NCBI GenBank assembly: GCA_963806035.1
Contig: CAWDWO010000026.1
Span: 136,092-200,091, forward strand
Direction: 5' to 3'
DNA: 64,000 bases
DNA from: Candidatus Krumholzibacteriota bacterium
Lineage (GTDB): Bacteria > Krumholzibacteriota > Krumholzibacteriia > JAJRXK01
The first letter of the stretch is position 1, and each line of letters starts with the position of its first letter. The notes under the pieces were generated by a model. It was not told the DNA's origin. It did no database searches and saw only the letters and a program-made list of their open reading frames with translations. Made by a program: the position numbers and the translations under genes. This document shows positions 18,444 through 27,484 of this stretch, piece by piece.

Positions 18444-19745
18444 CTAGAGTCGATAGAGATGATCGAATGCTTCTCCGCGCAGAGCGTTGCGCGTGTCGAC
18501 CACGCTTTGGCAATGCTTGGCGAAGAGGGAGTGGTCGACGTCCGCATGCGCGGTGGTGATGACGGCGCAATCGAATTCCGCAAGTTGCTCCGCGCCGATT
18601 TCCACCAGGCGCTGCGCGTCCAAGGGAAGCGGCAGCTTCTCCACATGCGGATCGTACCACCAGGTCTGAGCTCCCATCTCACTGACCTGTTGCAGTACGT
18701 CCAGCGCCGGCGATTCGCGCGTGTCGTCGATTCCCGCCTTGTAGGCGATGCCGACGATGAGAATCTTGCTGCCGCGGACCGCCTTTCCTCTGTCGTTGAG
18801 CGCGCTGGCCACCAGCTGCAAGACGAAGCCGGGCATGCTGCTGTTGATCACGCCCGCCAGCTCGATGAAGCGCGCCTCGAATCCGTGCGCGCGCGCCTTC
18901 CAGCTGAGGTAGAAGGGATCGATCGGAATGCAGTGTCCACCCAGACCGGGGCCGGGATAGAAGGGCATGAAGCCGAAGGGTTTGGTGGCCGCGGCATCGA
19001 TGACTTCCCACACGTTGATGTCCATCTTGCTGCACATCTGCGCCATCTCGTTCACCAGACCGATGTTCACACTACGGAAGGTGTTCTCCAGCAACTTGAC
19101 GGTTTCCGCGACACGAGCGCTGGACACCGGCACCACCTGACTGAGGGAAGCGCGGTACAGCGCGGCCGCGGTCTCGGTGCAGGCGGGCGTGATCCCGCCC
19201 ACGATCTTCGGGATGTTCTTGGTGCTGAAGCGTGGGTTGCCGGGGTCGACTCTCTCCGGCGAGAAGGCCAAATAGAAATCCTCTCCCACTTTCAAGCCGG
19301 TGCTCTCGAGCCGGGGCAGGATCACCTCTTCGGTGGTTCCCGGATAGGTGGTGCTCTCCAGGATGATCAGCATGCCGGGATGCAGATTCTCGACGATCTT
19401 TTCCACCGCCGAGTCGATGTAGCTGATGTCCGGATCGCGGGTCTTGGAGAGCGGAGTCGGAACGCAGATGTTCACGCTGTCACAGGACTCTAGGACGCTG
19501 AAGTCGGTAGTGGCGCTCAAACGCCCCTTCGCGACCAGCTGGGCCACCGTGTCGGACTTGACGTCCCCGACGTAGCTCTCGCCGCGCGCGAGCCTCTCCA
19601 CTTTCCTCGAATCCAAATCGATGCCGGTGACCGTGAAGCCGCTCTTCGCGTACTCGACGGCCAGGGGCAATCCCACGTAACCCAGCCCGATGACGGCCAG
19701 CCGAGCTGAGCCATCTTTGAGTTTTTCTTGAAATGTCATGATCAA
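18444..19745 (-). CDS. UDP-N-acetyl-D-glucosamine/mannosamine 6-dehydrogenase (WbpA/TviB/WecC family)
   Basis: VIGLGYVGLPLA NAD-binding start; nucleotide-sugar-dehydrogenase central and C-terminal domains; 433 aa. Confidence 0.8.
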   Translation of the reverse strand: MIMTFQEKLKDGSARLAVIGLGYVGLPLAVEYAKSGFTVTGIDLDSRKVERLARGESYVGDVKSDTVAQLVAKGRLSATTDFSVLESCDSVNICVPTPLSKTRDPDISYIDSAVEKIVENLHPGMLIILESTTYPGTTEEVILPRLESTGLKVGEDFYLAFSPERVDPGNPRFSTKNIPKIVGGITPACTETAAALYRASLSQVVPVSSARVAETVKLLENTFRSVNIGLVNEMAQMCSKMDINVWEVIDAAATKPFGFMPFYPGPGLGGHCIPIDPFYLSWKARAHGFEARFIELAGVINSSMPGFVLQLVASALNDRGKAVRGSKILIVGIAYKAGIDDTRESPALDVLQQVSEMGAQTWWYDPHVEKLPLPLDAQRLVEIGAEQLAEFDCAVITTAHADVDHSLFAKHCQSVVDTRNALRGEAFDHLYRL

Positions 19746-20794
19746 TCCTCAGGCGCGGCAGCGTTTGGGACCGGGGGTGAAAGAGGATATCCGATACGGT
19801 CCCGGCCCTCCGACTTGGCGAGGTAGAGGCGGTCATCGGCCCGGCTCAAAAGCTCGCGCGCGGAATCTCCGTCTTCGGGATACACAGCGATCCCCGCGCT
19901 GACGGTGAGCCGGCGCTGAGGATCGTCATGGAAGCGGTGGCCGGCGACCCTGCGGAGCATTCTTTCGGCGAACACGATCGATCCCTCCGCGTTGGTGTTC
20001 GGCAGAATCAAGCTGAACTCATCGCCACCGTACTTGGCGATGATGTCGATTTCGCGGGCGTCGGTTCTCAAGAGGGATCCCATCTCGCGCAAGGCAGAAC
20101 TCCCGGCCAGGTGGCCATTCACGTCATTGTATTCTTTGAGGTTGTCGACATCAACCATCACCACCGCGAAGGGCTCCTGGAAGCGGCTGGCCCGCTTCAC
20201 CTCGCGATGCAGTGCGTCCATGAAGTAGCGGTAGTTGTACAAACCGGTCAGCCCGTCGGTGCTGGCCTCCGTCTCCAGGCGGTGATAGAGGCGGGCCAAC
20301 TCCAGGACCACCGAGGCCTGGTTGGCCAGAAAGCCGAGCAGCTTGGCGTCCTCCGGAGAGAAGGAGGACTCCTGCGGAAAGACGATGAGAATCCCCCGCG
20401 TCTTGCCCCCCGCGAAGAGAGGCGAGGACATCGGCGGACCGAAGGCAATACTGTCCTTGAAGCTGCCGATTTCTTCCATGAGGAGCTCCGGCGGCTGAAG
20501 GAGCGCTTCGGCCTGCTCCTGCTGGATCCACTTCACCAGATTGGTGCTGCGCGACAGCAGCTGGGCGCTGAGGACCTCCCGGCCCTTCTCGTCTCGCGAG
20601 AGGACCAGACGGCGAATCCGCTCATTTTCCACCAGGAGCAGATGCACGAAACGGGCATCCAGCAACGAGAGCGCGCTGCGCAGGATCCTCTCCAGAATCT
20701 GCTCTTCCCGATGGGGTCCCGCGCTGATCAAGCCCGAGAGCTCGTAGATCGCCTCAAAGAGGCGTTCCCAGCGGGTACTTTCGTAAGTTTCCAT
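19742..20794 (-). CDS. GAF-domain diguanylate cyclase (GGDEF)
   Basis: RYGGDEF active site and I-site-like RxxD; N-terminal GAF-like region; stop overlaps the dehydrogenase start. Confidence 0.8.
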   Translation of the reverse strand: METYESTRWERLFEAIYELSGLISAGPHREEQILERILRSALSLLDARFVHLLLVENERIRRLVLSRDEKGREVLSAQLLSRSTNLVKWIQQEQAEALLQPPELLMEEIGSFKDSIAFGPPMSSPLFAGGKTRGILIVFPQESSFSPEDAKLLGFLANQASVVLELARLYHRLETEASTDGLTGLYNYRYFMDALHREVKRASRFQEPFAVVMVDVDNLKEYNDVNGHLAGSSALREMGSLLRTDAREIDIIAKYGGDEFSLILPNTNAEGSIVFAERMLRRVAGHRFHDDPQRRLTVSAGIAVYPEDGDSARELLSRADDRLYLAKSEGRDRIGYPLSPPVPNAAAPED

Positions 20795-20886
20795 GGATTT
20801 CCCGATCCAGTGTGCGGTACCTCAGCCGGCAATATGCAACTAGTGTGCCTCTGCCTTCCAAGTTCTTCCTCAGCAAGGTTTTACCC

Positions 20887-21297
20887 TCAATCTTCGCCCT
20901 CGGGACCGATCTCCCGCCGCAGCTTGCTCAGAATTTCGCGCTGCTCGGCGCGCAGCTCACTGATCTCGCGCCAGCCACTACGGGCGCGCAGGAGGCAAAA
21001 AATCAGCGCGAGAGCAGCCAAACCCGGCAGCCCGTAGCGCCAGAAAATCGAGCGATCCGCCAGGTGGGCAGCGGCGACTCTCCACAGAGAGCGCCCCAGG
21101 GGAATCATCATGAAGGCGAGGGCGAGCCAGAGAATCAGGGAGGTGAATTCACGGGCCAGCATTTGCCGGTTGCGGCGGTATTTCTGCAGCAGACGGTTCC
21201 CCGAGGCAGCCCGACCGTCGTGAAAACGCGATCGGTACTTCTCCCGCAGACGCTCGCTACGGGCTCCGCTTCGACCGGTCTTCAGGAAGCTCCTCAA
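20887..21297 (-). CDS. hypothetical small membrane protein
   Basis: 136-aa ORF with two hydrophobic helices; no recognisable family. Confidence 0.25.
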   Translation of the reverse strand: MRSFLKTGRSGARSERLREKYRSRFHDGRAASGNRLLQKYRRNRQMLAREFTSLILWLALAFMMIPLGRSLWRVAAAHLADRSIFWRYGLPGLAALALIFCLLRARSGWREISELRAEQREILSKLRREIGPEGED

Positions 21298-21475
21298 AGT
21301 CCGCCTCCTCGATCTTCTGTTCGCTCAGTACCTCGGGCGTCGGCGTCTTGCGCCCTCCCACCGGACCGCTCTGTTGCGAGGAGACCCGCGAGGCGCTTCC
21401 CTTGGTGAACCACTGGACGAGCCGGCGTACGGCCCAGAACGCCAAGAGCAACAGAAGAACGCGCGTAAGGAACAT
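21257..21475 (-). CDS. hypothetical small single-TM protein with an acidic C-terminus
   Basis: MFLTRVLLLLLAFWAVRRLV... then EEADFEELPED; the upstream part of the track ORF overlaps tRNA-Arg and is discarded. Confidence 0.25.
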   Translation of the reverse strand: MFLTRVLLLLLAFWAVRRLVQWFTKGSASRVSSQQSGPVGGRKTPTPEVLSEQKIEEADFEELPEDRSKRSP

Positions 21476-21545
21476 AACCGCGGCTGAATCTGAGCGAAAG
21501 ACGCCACCGGAACAGCTCGAGGCCCCGTGGACTTTCGGCGGAAAG

Positions 21546-21622
21546 TGGTGTGCCCGGCAGGATTCGAACCTGTGACCTTCGGTTCCGGAGACCGACGCTC
21601 TATCCAACTGAGCTACGGGCAC
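21546..21622 (-). tRNA. tRNA-Arg (anticodon CCG)
   Basis: Minus-strand sequence GTGCCCGTAGCTCAGTTGGATAGAGCGTCGGTCTCCGGAACCGAAGGTCACAGGTTCGAATCCTGCCGGGCACACCA folds as a cloverleaf; anticodon loop CUCCGGA; CCA encoded. Confidence 0.85.
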
Positions 21623-21635
21623 GGCCATCGCAAAG

Positions 21636-21660
21636 GTCGCGCCGGAAGTCCCGGCGCGAC
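21636..21660 (-). terminator. GC-rich hairpin (10-bp stem) between the trpB stop and tRNA-Arg; possible trp-operon terminator or processing site
   Basis: GTCGCGCCGG-aagtc-CCGGCGCGAC is a perfect inverted repeat; only a weak U-tract follows on the minus strand. Confidence 0.35.
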
Positions 21661-21708
21661 GCAGACCAATATGCCAAATCAGCCCTGATGCTGCAACGAC
21701 GGAGGGCG

Positions 21709-22929
21709 CTAGGTGGAGGAGTCCTCGCGCGCGCGCACCGCCTCGACGTCCTTGTCGCCCCGCCCGGAGAGATTGACCAGCACCAGATCGTCCTCGTTCA
21801 GCTCGGGCATGAGTTCCTCCAGCCAGGCCAGGGCATGCGAGGATTCCAGGGCGGGCACGATCCCCTCCAACTCGCTGAGTCGATGGAACGCCGCCAGGGC
21901 CGCTTCGTCCGATACCTTGGTGAACCGGATGCGTCCCACGCTCTGATAGTACGCGTGCTCCGGGCCGACGCTGGGGTAATCCAAACCCGCCGAGACGCTG
22001 TGCGTGGGCAGCACGTTGCCGTCATCGTCTTGCAAGAGGTAGCTGCGCGTTCCGTGGAGAACTCCGGGACGTCCGGAAAAGAAGCGAGCCGCGTGTTCTC
22101 CCCTACCCTCACCGCGTCCTCCGGCCTCTACCCCGATCATTCGAACCTGGCGGTCACCGAGAAATGCGTGGAAGAGGCCGATGGCGTTGCTCCCCCCTCC
22201 CACGCAGGCCAAGAGATGCGTGGGCAGGGTTCCCGCCTGCGCGAGCACTTGTTGCCGCGCCTCCACTCCGATCACGCTCTGGAAATGGCGCACCATGAGG
22301 GGAAAGGGATGGGGGCCGAGCACACTGCCCAAGACGTAGTGGGTGCTCTCGACCGAGGCCACCCAATCCCGGATCGCTTCGTTGATGGCGTCCTTCAGCG
22401 TGCGGCTTCCGCTGTCGACCCCGACCACTTCGGCGCCGAGAAGCCGCATGCGATAGACGTTCAGGGCCTGCCGTTCCATGTCCACCGTGCCCATGTAGAT
22501 CACGCACGAGAGACCGAGGGCGGCACAGGCGGTGGCGGTGGCCACGCCGTGCTGCCCCGCCCCGGTTTCCGCGATGATGCGCGTCTTCTTCATGCGCTTG
22601 GCCAGCAAAGCCTGTCCCAGGGCATTGTTGATCTTGTGCGCGCCGGTGTGCGCGAGATCTTCACGTTTCAACCAAATCGCCGCGCTCGCGTAGTGTGCGC
22701 TCAAACGGCGGGCAAAGCTCAAGGGTGTCGGACGCCCGGCGTAGTTCTGCAGCAGATCGTTCAGCTCCGCGACGAAGCTGGCGTCCGCGCGCGCCGCCTT
22801 GAACGCTTTCTCCAACTCCATCAGTGGACCCATCAAGGTCTCGGGCATGTAGCGTCCGCCGAAGGGACCGAAGCGTCCGTCCTCCCCCAGACCTTCCTCG
22901 AAGACGAACTCGGATTCGCCAGCACTCAT
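21709..22929 (-). CDS. trpB: tryptophan synthase beta chain
   Basis: PLP-lysine region [34 protein letters not shown]; 406 aa. Confidence 0.95.
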   Translation of the reverse strand: MSAGESEFVFEEGLGEDGRFGPFGGRYMPETLMGPLMELEKAFKAARADASFVAELNDLLQNYAGRPTPLSFARRLSAHYASAAIWLKREDLAHTGAHKINNALGQALLAKRMKKTRIIAETGAGQHGVATATACAALGLSCVIYMGTVDMERQALNVYRMRLLGAEVVGVDSGSRTLKDAINEAIRDWVASVESTHYVLGSVLGPHPFPLMVRHFQSVIGVEARQQVLAQAGTLPTHLLACVGGGSNAIGLFHAFLGDRQVRMIGVEAGGRGEGRGEHAARFFSGRPGVLHGTRSYLLQDDDGNVLPTHSVSAGLDYPSVGPEHAYYQSVGRIRFTKVSDEAALAAFHRLSELEGIVPALESSHALAWLEELMPELNEDDLVLVNLSGRGDKDVEAVRAREDSST

Positions 22930-23558
22930 TGCGTCTCTCCCCCCTCCTTCAAGTCGTGCACTGCTCTGGCGAAGGCCGCCAGTTTGTCCGGGTCCTTCAG
23001 CCCAGGTGCGCTCTCGACCCCGCTGGAGACGTCGACCGCGAAGGGATGCACCTGGCTGATGGCCCGCGCCACGTTGACCGCGGTGAGTCCGCCCGACAGA
23101 AAGATCCGGCGGCGTTTGGCCAAGGAGACGGCGAGCTGCCAGGGAAAGACCTGCCCGCTGCCGCCGCCCGAAGGCGAGGCGCTATCGAGGAGGGTGGCCC
23201 AGCTCGAGTCGCGCAGGCGCGAAGGGGCCACGCGCGCCTGCGTCACCGCCCGCGCTTCGATCACGCGCACCGGCAATCCCAACCACTCCTCGCCGCGTTC
23301 ACTTCCGTGCAGTTGCACCAGATCCAGATCGAGTTGCTCCACCAGCTCCGCCACTTCTTCGTAGCTTTGGTCGCGGAACACTCCCACTAGCTCGGCTCTC
23401 TCGCGCAGCTCGTCCAGCCAGGGACGGATGTCCTCCGGCCGTACCCGGCGCGGACTCTCAGCGAAGACGAAGCCCAGGTAGTCCGCCCCGTGACGCAGCG
23501 CGCACTGCGCATCCTCGGCGCGCGTCAAACCGCAGATCTTCAGGCGCACCGACTTCAT
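22926..23558 (-). CDS. trpF: phosphoribosylanthranilate isomerase
   Basis: [12 protein letters not shown]... start at 23558 (ATGA overlap with the trpC stop); its stop overlaps the trpB start. Confidence 0.85.
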   Translation of the reverse strand: MKSVRLKICGLTRAEDAQCALRHGADYLGFVFAESPRRVRPEDIRPWLDELRERAELVGVFRDQSYEEVAELVEQLDLDLVQLHGSERGEEWLGLPVRVIEARAVTQARVAPSRLRDSSWATLLDSASPSGGGSGQVFPWQLAVSLAKRRRIFLSGGLTAVNVARAISQVHPFAVDVSSGVESAPGLKDPDKLAAFARAVHDLKEGGETQ

Positions 23559-24364
23559 GGCGTCTCCTGGAAGAGCTGGGCAAAACGCTGACGCGGACTC
23601 TCGCCGCGCATCAGGCCCTCGCCCACCAAGGCGGCATCCACCGGACTCTGCGCGGCCCGGCGCGCATCCTCGACGGCAAGAATCCCGCTCTCCACCACGC
23701 ACACCCGTTCCCGCGGGACCCTGGCGCACATCTTGAGTGCTTTCTCAAGGTCTACACGGAAAGTACTCAAATCACGCGCATTACAACCTATGATCGGAAG
23801 CTCCAACGCCAGGAGCCGCCGCAGCTCCTCCTCGCCGTGCGCCTCGGCCAGGGTCTCCAGGCCCAACTCCTGTGCGCGATCCCTGAAGGCGAGCAGTTGC
23901 TCGTCGGAGAGGACCGACGCGAGCAAGAGAACCGCGTCGGCCCCGGCCACCCGCGCTTCCAGAAGCTGGTAGGGATCCAGAATGAAGTCCTTGCGCAGAA
24001 GCGGCAGGGTGACGGCCTGGCGCGCCTCTCGCAGCGCAGCGAGACTTCCGCCGAAATGGTCTTCCTCGGTGAGCACGGAGAGCGCCCGGCAGCCCGCTGC
24101 CTCGAGTTCGCGCGCCAGTCGCGCGGGATCGAAATCTTTCCGGATGATTCCGGCCGAAGGCGAAGCGCGCTTCAATTCGCCGATGACGCGCAGGGGCGCA
24201 GCGTCGCTTTCTCCCTTGCCCGGGCGGCGCAGGGCCGCGCTCAGAGAACGGGTCGGGGGCAACGAGGAATACTCTTGGGCGAGCGCGGCCAAGGGCCGCT
24301 GGCGTCGGCGCTCATCGAGGCGCACGCGCACCGAGGCGAGAATCTTCTGCAAATGCTGGCTCAA
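23555..24364 (-). CDS. trpC: indole-3-glycerol-phosphate synthase
   Basis: VIGELKRASPSAGIIR, LSVLTEEDHFGGS, GCNARDLSTF motifs. Confidence 0.9.
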   Translation of the reverse strand: MSQHLQKILASVRVRLDERRRQRPLAALAQEYSSLPPTRSLSAALRRPGKGESDAAPLRVIGELKRASPSAGIIRKDFDPARLARELEAAGCRALSVLTEEDHFGGSLAALREARQAVTLPLLRKDFILDPYQLLEARVAGADAVLLLASVLSDEQLLAFRDRAQELGLETLAEAHGEEELRRLLALELPIIGCNARDLSTFRVDLEKALKMCARVPRERVCVVESGILAVEDARRAAQSPVDAALVGEGLMRGESPRQRFAQLFQETP

Positions 24365-25416
24365 GCTGTCGCTCCGTGCTGCTGAGAAAAGCGCAGATAG
24401 GCTCGCAAGACTTCGACCGCCTCTCCGCGATCGATGCTCTGCTGCGCGCGCGCCACTCCCTCCTTCAAGTCCTCCACCAAGTCGGCGACCAGAAGCGCCG
24501 CCGCCGCGTTCAGGACGATCGCATCGCGACGCGGGCCCATCTTTCCTTCCAACACTTCCCGCAAGATGGCTGCGTTCTCGTGAGCATCCCCGCCCTTCAG
24601 TGCCTCGGCAGGATGCGGACCCAGGCCGAATTCGCCGGGATCCACGCGACCCTCACTGAGACTTCCATCCACCAAGAAAGTGCGGCTGGGAGCGCAGACG
24701 CTGAGCTCGTCGAGCCCATCGTCTCCGTGGACCAGGAGCGCGCGGCGCGTGCCCAGTTCGCAGAGCGCCTCTCCCAGCTTGGAAAGGAGCTGGCCTTCGT
24801 AGACCCCCACCACTTGATACGGAGCTCCCGCCGGGTTTACCAGCGGGCCCAGGAGATTGAATGCCGTGCGCACGCCGAGTTCCCGGCGCGGTTCCACCGC
24901 GTGTTTCAGCGCGGAGTGGTGCCGCGGTGCGAAGAGAAAGCCGTAGCCCAAGTCGTCGATCGCCTCTTGCACTCGTTCCTTGCTCAATTCGAGACGCGCA
25001 CCCAGGGCCTCCATCACATCGGCGCTGCCACAGCGGCTACTCACCGAACGGTTCCCGTGCTTGGCGACGTGGGCGCCGGCGCCCGCCGCCACCAATGCCG
25101 CTCCCGTCGAGATGTTGAAAGTGTGCGCGCCGTCTCCTCCGGTCCCACAGGTATCCACCAGAGGTTCACGAGTGCAGTGAATGAGCTCGGCGTGAGCGCG
25201 CACCGCCTCGGCGAAACCCACGATCTCCTCTACGCTTTCGCCCTTCTGCCTGAGGGCCACCAGCCAGCCCGCGATCCAGGGAACGCTGGCCTTGCCCTGG
25301 AGGATGGCTTCCATCACCCAACGGGCTCGCTCGCGATCGAGGTCCTCCCCCGCCAGCGCACTGCGCAGGATCTGGTTCAGCTCCCGAGTGGTCTCCTTAC
25401 GATCCTTCATCGGCAC
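24361..25416 (-). CDS. trpD: anthranilate phosphoribosyltransferase
   Basis: DTCGTGGDGAHTFNISTGAALVAAGAG..AKHGNRSVSS motifs. Confidence 0.9.
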   Translation of the reverse strand: MPMKDRKETTRELNQILRSALAGEDLDRERARWVMEAILQGKASVPWIAGWLVALRQKGESVEEIVGFAEAVRAHAELIHCTREPLVDTCGTGGDGAHTFNISTGAALVAAGAGAHVAKHGNRSVSSRCGSADVMEALGARLELSKERVQEAIDDLGYGFLFAPRHHSALKHAVEPRRELGVRTAFNLLGPLVNPAGAPYQVVGVYEGQLLSKLGEALCELGTRRALLVHGDDGLDELSVCAPSRTFLVDGSLSEGRVDPGEFGLGPHPAEALKGGDAHENAAILREVLEGKMGPRRDAIVLNAAAALLVADLVEDLKEGVARAQQSIDRGEAVEVLRAYLRFSQQHGATA

Positions 25417-26000
25417 GACTCCAACCAGTTGCGCAGGATCCGGATGCCGTCCTCAGTGAGAATGGACTCGGGGTGAAACTGCACGCCCCAGCTCTCGCTC
25501 TGCTTGTGCTTGATCGCCATGATCTCGTCGTCCGCGGTCCACGCCACCACCTCGAATTCGCAGGGGAGGCCGCTGCGCGGGACCTCGAGACTGTGATAGC
25601 GCGTGGCGGTGAAGGGGTTCTTCAAGCCGGCGAAGATCCCTCGTTCGCCGTGAAGCACGCGCGAGGTCTTCCCGTGCAAGATGTGACGGGCCGGTCCGAT
25701 CGTTCCCCCGAAAGCCTGGGCGAGGGCCTGGTGGCCCAAACAGACTCCCAAGAGGGGGATCTTGCCGGCAAAGGCTTTGATCGCTTTCAAACTGATCCCC
25801 GCGTCGTCAGGAGTCCCCGGACCCGGGGAGACGAGGAGGCCGTCGGGAGAAAGACGACGAATCCCGGCCACGCTGATTTCGTCGTTCCGTCGCACTTCGA
25901 TGTGCGCCCCGAGCTCGCCCAAGTACTGCACCAGGTTGAAGGTGAAGCTGTCATAGTTGTCCAAGACAAGGACCAATGGCTTGGAGGATTTCGCGCTCAT
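25407..26000 (-). CDS. trpG: anthranilate synthase component II (glutamine amidotransferase)
   Basis: LVLVLDNYDSFTFNLVQYL, GVCLGHQALAQAFGG (catalytic Cys), HPES; ATG at 26000 overlaps the trpE TGA. Confidence 0.9.
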   Translation of the reverse strand: MSAKSSKPLVLVLDNYDSFTFNLVQYLGELGAHIEVRRNDEISVAGIRRLSPDGLLVSPGPGTPDDAGISLKAIKAFAGKIPLLGVCLGHQALAQAFGGTIGPARHILHGKTSRVLHGERGIFAGLKNPFTATRYHSLEVPRSGLPCEFEVVAWTADDEIMAIKHKQSESWGVQFHPESILTEDGIRILRNWLESCR

Positions 26001-27484
26001 TGGAGCTCTCCTCTCTCGGCCCATTCGATGGCCTGGCGCAGCGCGCCCGCCTTTTCGTTCGTCTCTTCGAATTCGCGCTCGGGGCGGCTGTCCAGCACGA
26101 TGCCTGCCCCCACGCCGAGACGCACGATGCCCTCTTCCTTGACCATGCTGCGGATGGCGATGCAGGTGTCCATCGAGCCCGCGAAGGAAATGTATCCCAC
26201 CGCGCCCGCGTAATTGCCGCGCCGGCGAGTCTCCAATTCGTCGATGATCTCCATGGCGCGAATCTTGGGAGCGCCGGAAACCGTTCCCGCGGGAAAGCAG
26301 GCCGCCAGGGCATCGAAGCAGTCGCAGTCCTCGCGCAACTCGCCGCTGACGTGGCTCACCAGATGAATGACGTGACTGTACTTCTCCACCGCCATCAACT
26401 CGTCGGTACGAACACTACCATAGCGGCACACGCGCCCCAGATCGTTGCGGCCCAAGTCGACGAGCATCACGTGTTCGGCCCGTTCCTTTTCGTCGGCGAG
26501 CAGCTCGGCGATGAGAGCCTCGTCCTCGCGCGCGGTCTTCCCCCGCATCCTGGTGCCGGCAATCGGACGCAACTCGGCGCGCCCGGACTCCACTCGTACC
26601 AGGACCTCCGGAGACGCCCCCACCAGTTGTCTCTTTCCGTAATCGAAGTAGAACATGTAGGGGCTGGGATTGATCACGCGTAATGCCCGGTAGACTTCGA
26701 AAGCGGAAGCGATGGACTTGCACCAGAGCTCCCGGCTCAAAACGATCTGAAAGCAATCTCCGGCGCGAATGTACTCGGTGGCGCGCTTTACCGCGCGGCC
26801 GAACTGCAGCTTGGACACGCTGGATCGAAAGCGGGGCGCATGGGCCGGTCGGCTGCGGCTCAAGTCGGGGAGAGCTTCGGCCAGCGCCCTCTCCATGGCA
26901 TCCAGACGGGCGCGCGCGCGCTCACGGGCACTGGGGACGTCACCGTCGATCGTGGCGCAGGACACCAGTTTCATGCGATTGCTCAGGTTGTCGAAGACGA
27001 CCAGATCAGTGACGAGAAAAAAATCCAATTCTTCCGGGTCGTTCTTGGTGCGGTGACGGTCGGGGATTCTCTCGATTCCCCGGATGGCGTCATAGGAGAT
27101 GCTTCCCACCGCGCCCCCGAAGAAGCGAGGCAGACCCTCGACGGGAGCCGCGCGAAAACGCTTCATCCAATCCGCCAAGGCACGCAGAGGGTTCTTGGTT
27201 TTGAACGTGCGCTTGCGCCCATCCCATTCGATGAGCACCCTCTGGCCGCGGGCGCGAAAGCGGCCGCGCGGATTGGCCCCGAGGATGGAATAGCGTCCCC
27301 AGTTTTCGCCTCCCTCCACGCTCTCCAAGAGAAAGCACCGCGAGGAGCCAGCCCGCAGTTTGAGGAGGGCTGAAACCGGAGTCTCCAGATCGCCCATGAG
27401 TTCTCGCACGACCGGCACGAGATTGTAGTGGCGCGCGAGGGAGGAGAAGCGGCGCGCGGTGGGAGTGTCCTGCCGGAAGCTCAT
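25997..27484 (-). CDS. trpE: anthranilate synthase component I
   Basis: Chorismate-binding family motifs (GAVGYISFAGSMDTCIAIR); 495 aa; its ATG overlaps the recN stop. Confidence 0.9.
   Translation of the reverse strand: MSFRQDTPTARRFSSLARHYNLVPVVRELMGDLETPVSALLKLRAGSSRCFLLESVEGGENWGRYSILGANPRGRFRARGQRVLIEWDGRKRTFKTKNPLRALADWMKRFRAAPVEGLPRFFGGAVGSISYDAIRGIERIPDRHRTKNDPEELDFFLVTDLVVFDNLSNRMKLVSCATIDGDVPSARERARARLDAMERALAEALPDLSRSRPAHAPRFRSSVSKLQFGRAVKRATEYIRAGDCFQIVLSRELWCKSIASAFEVYRALRVINPSPYMFYFDYGKRQLVGASPEVLVRVESGRAELRPIAGTRMRGKTAREDEALIAELLADEKERAEHVMLVDLGRNDLGRVCRYGSVRTDELMAVEKYSHVIHLVSHVSGELREDCDCFDALAACFPAGTVSGAPKIRAMEIIDELETRRRGNYAGAVGYISFAGSMDTCIAIRSMVKEEGIVRLGVGAGIVLDSRPEREFEETNEKAGALRQAIEWAERGELQ

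Noticed and set aside
21257-21628. 123-aa minus-strand ORF and 75-aa plus-strand ORF over 21348..21628
   Set aside because: Both overlap the tRNA-Arg(CCG) gene at 21546..21622. Only the downstream 72-codon portion after an internal ATG was kept, as a low-confidence small protein.
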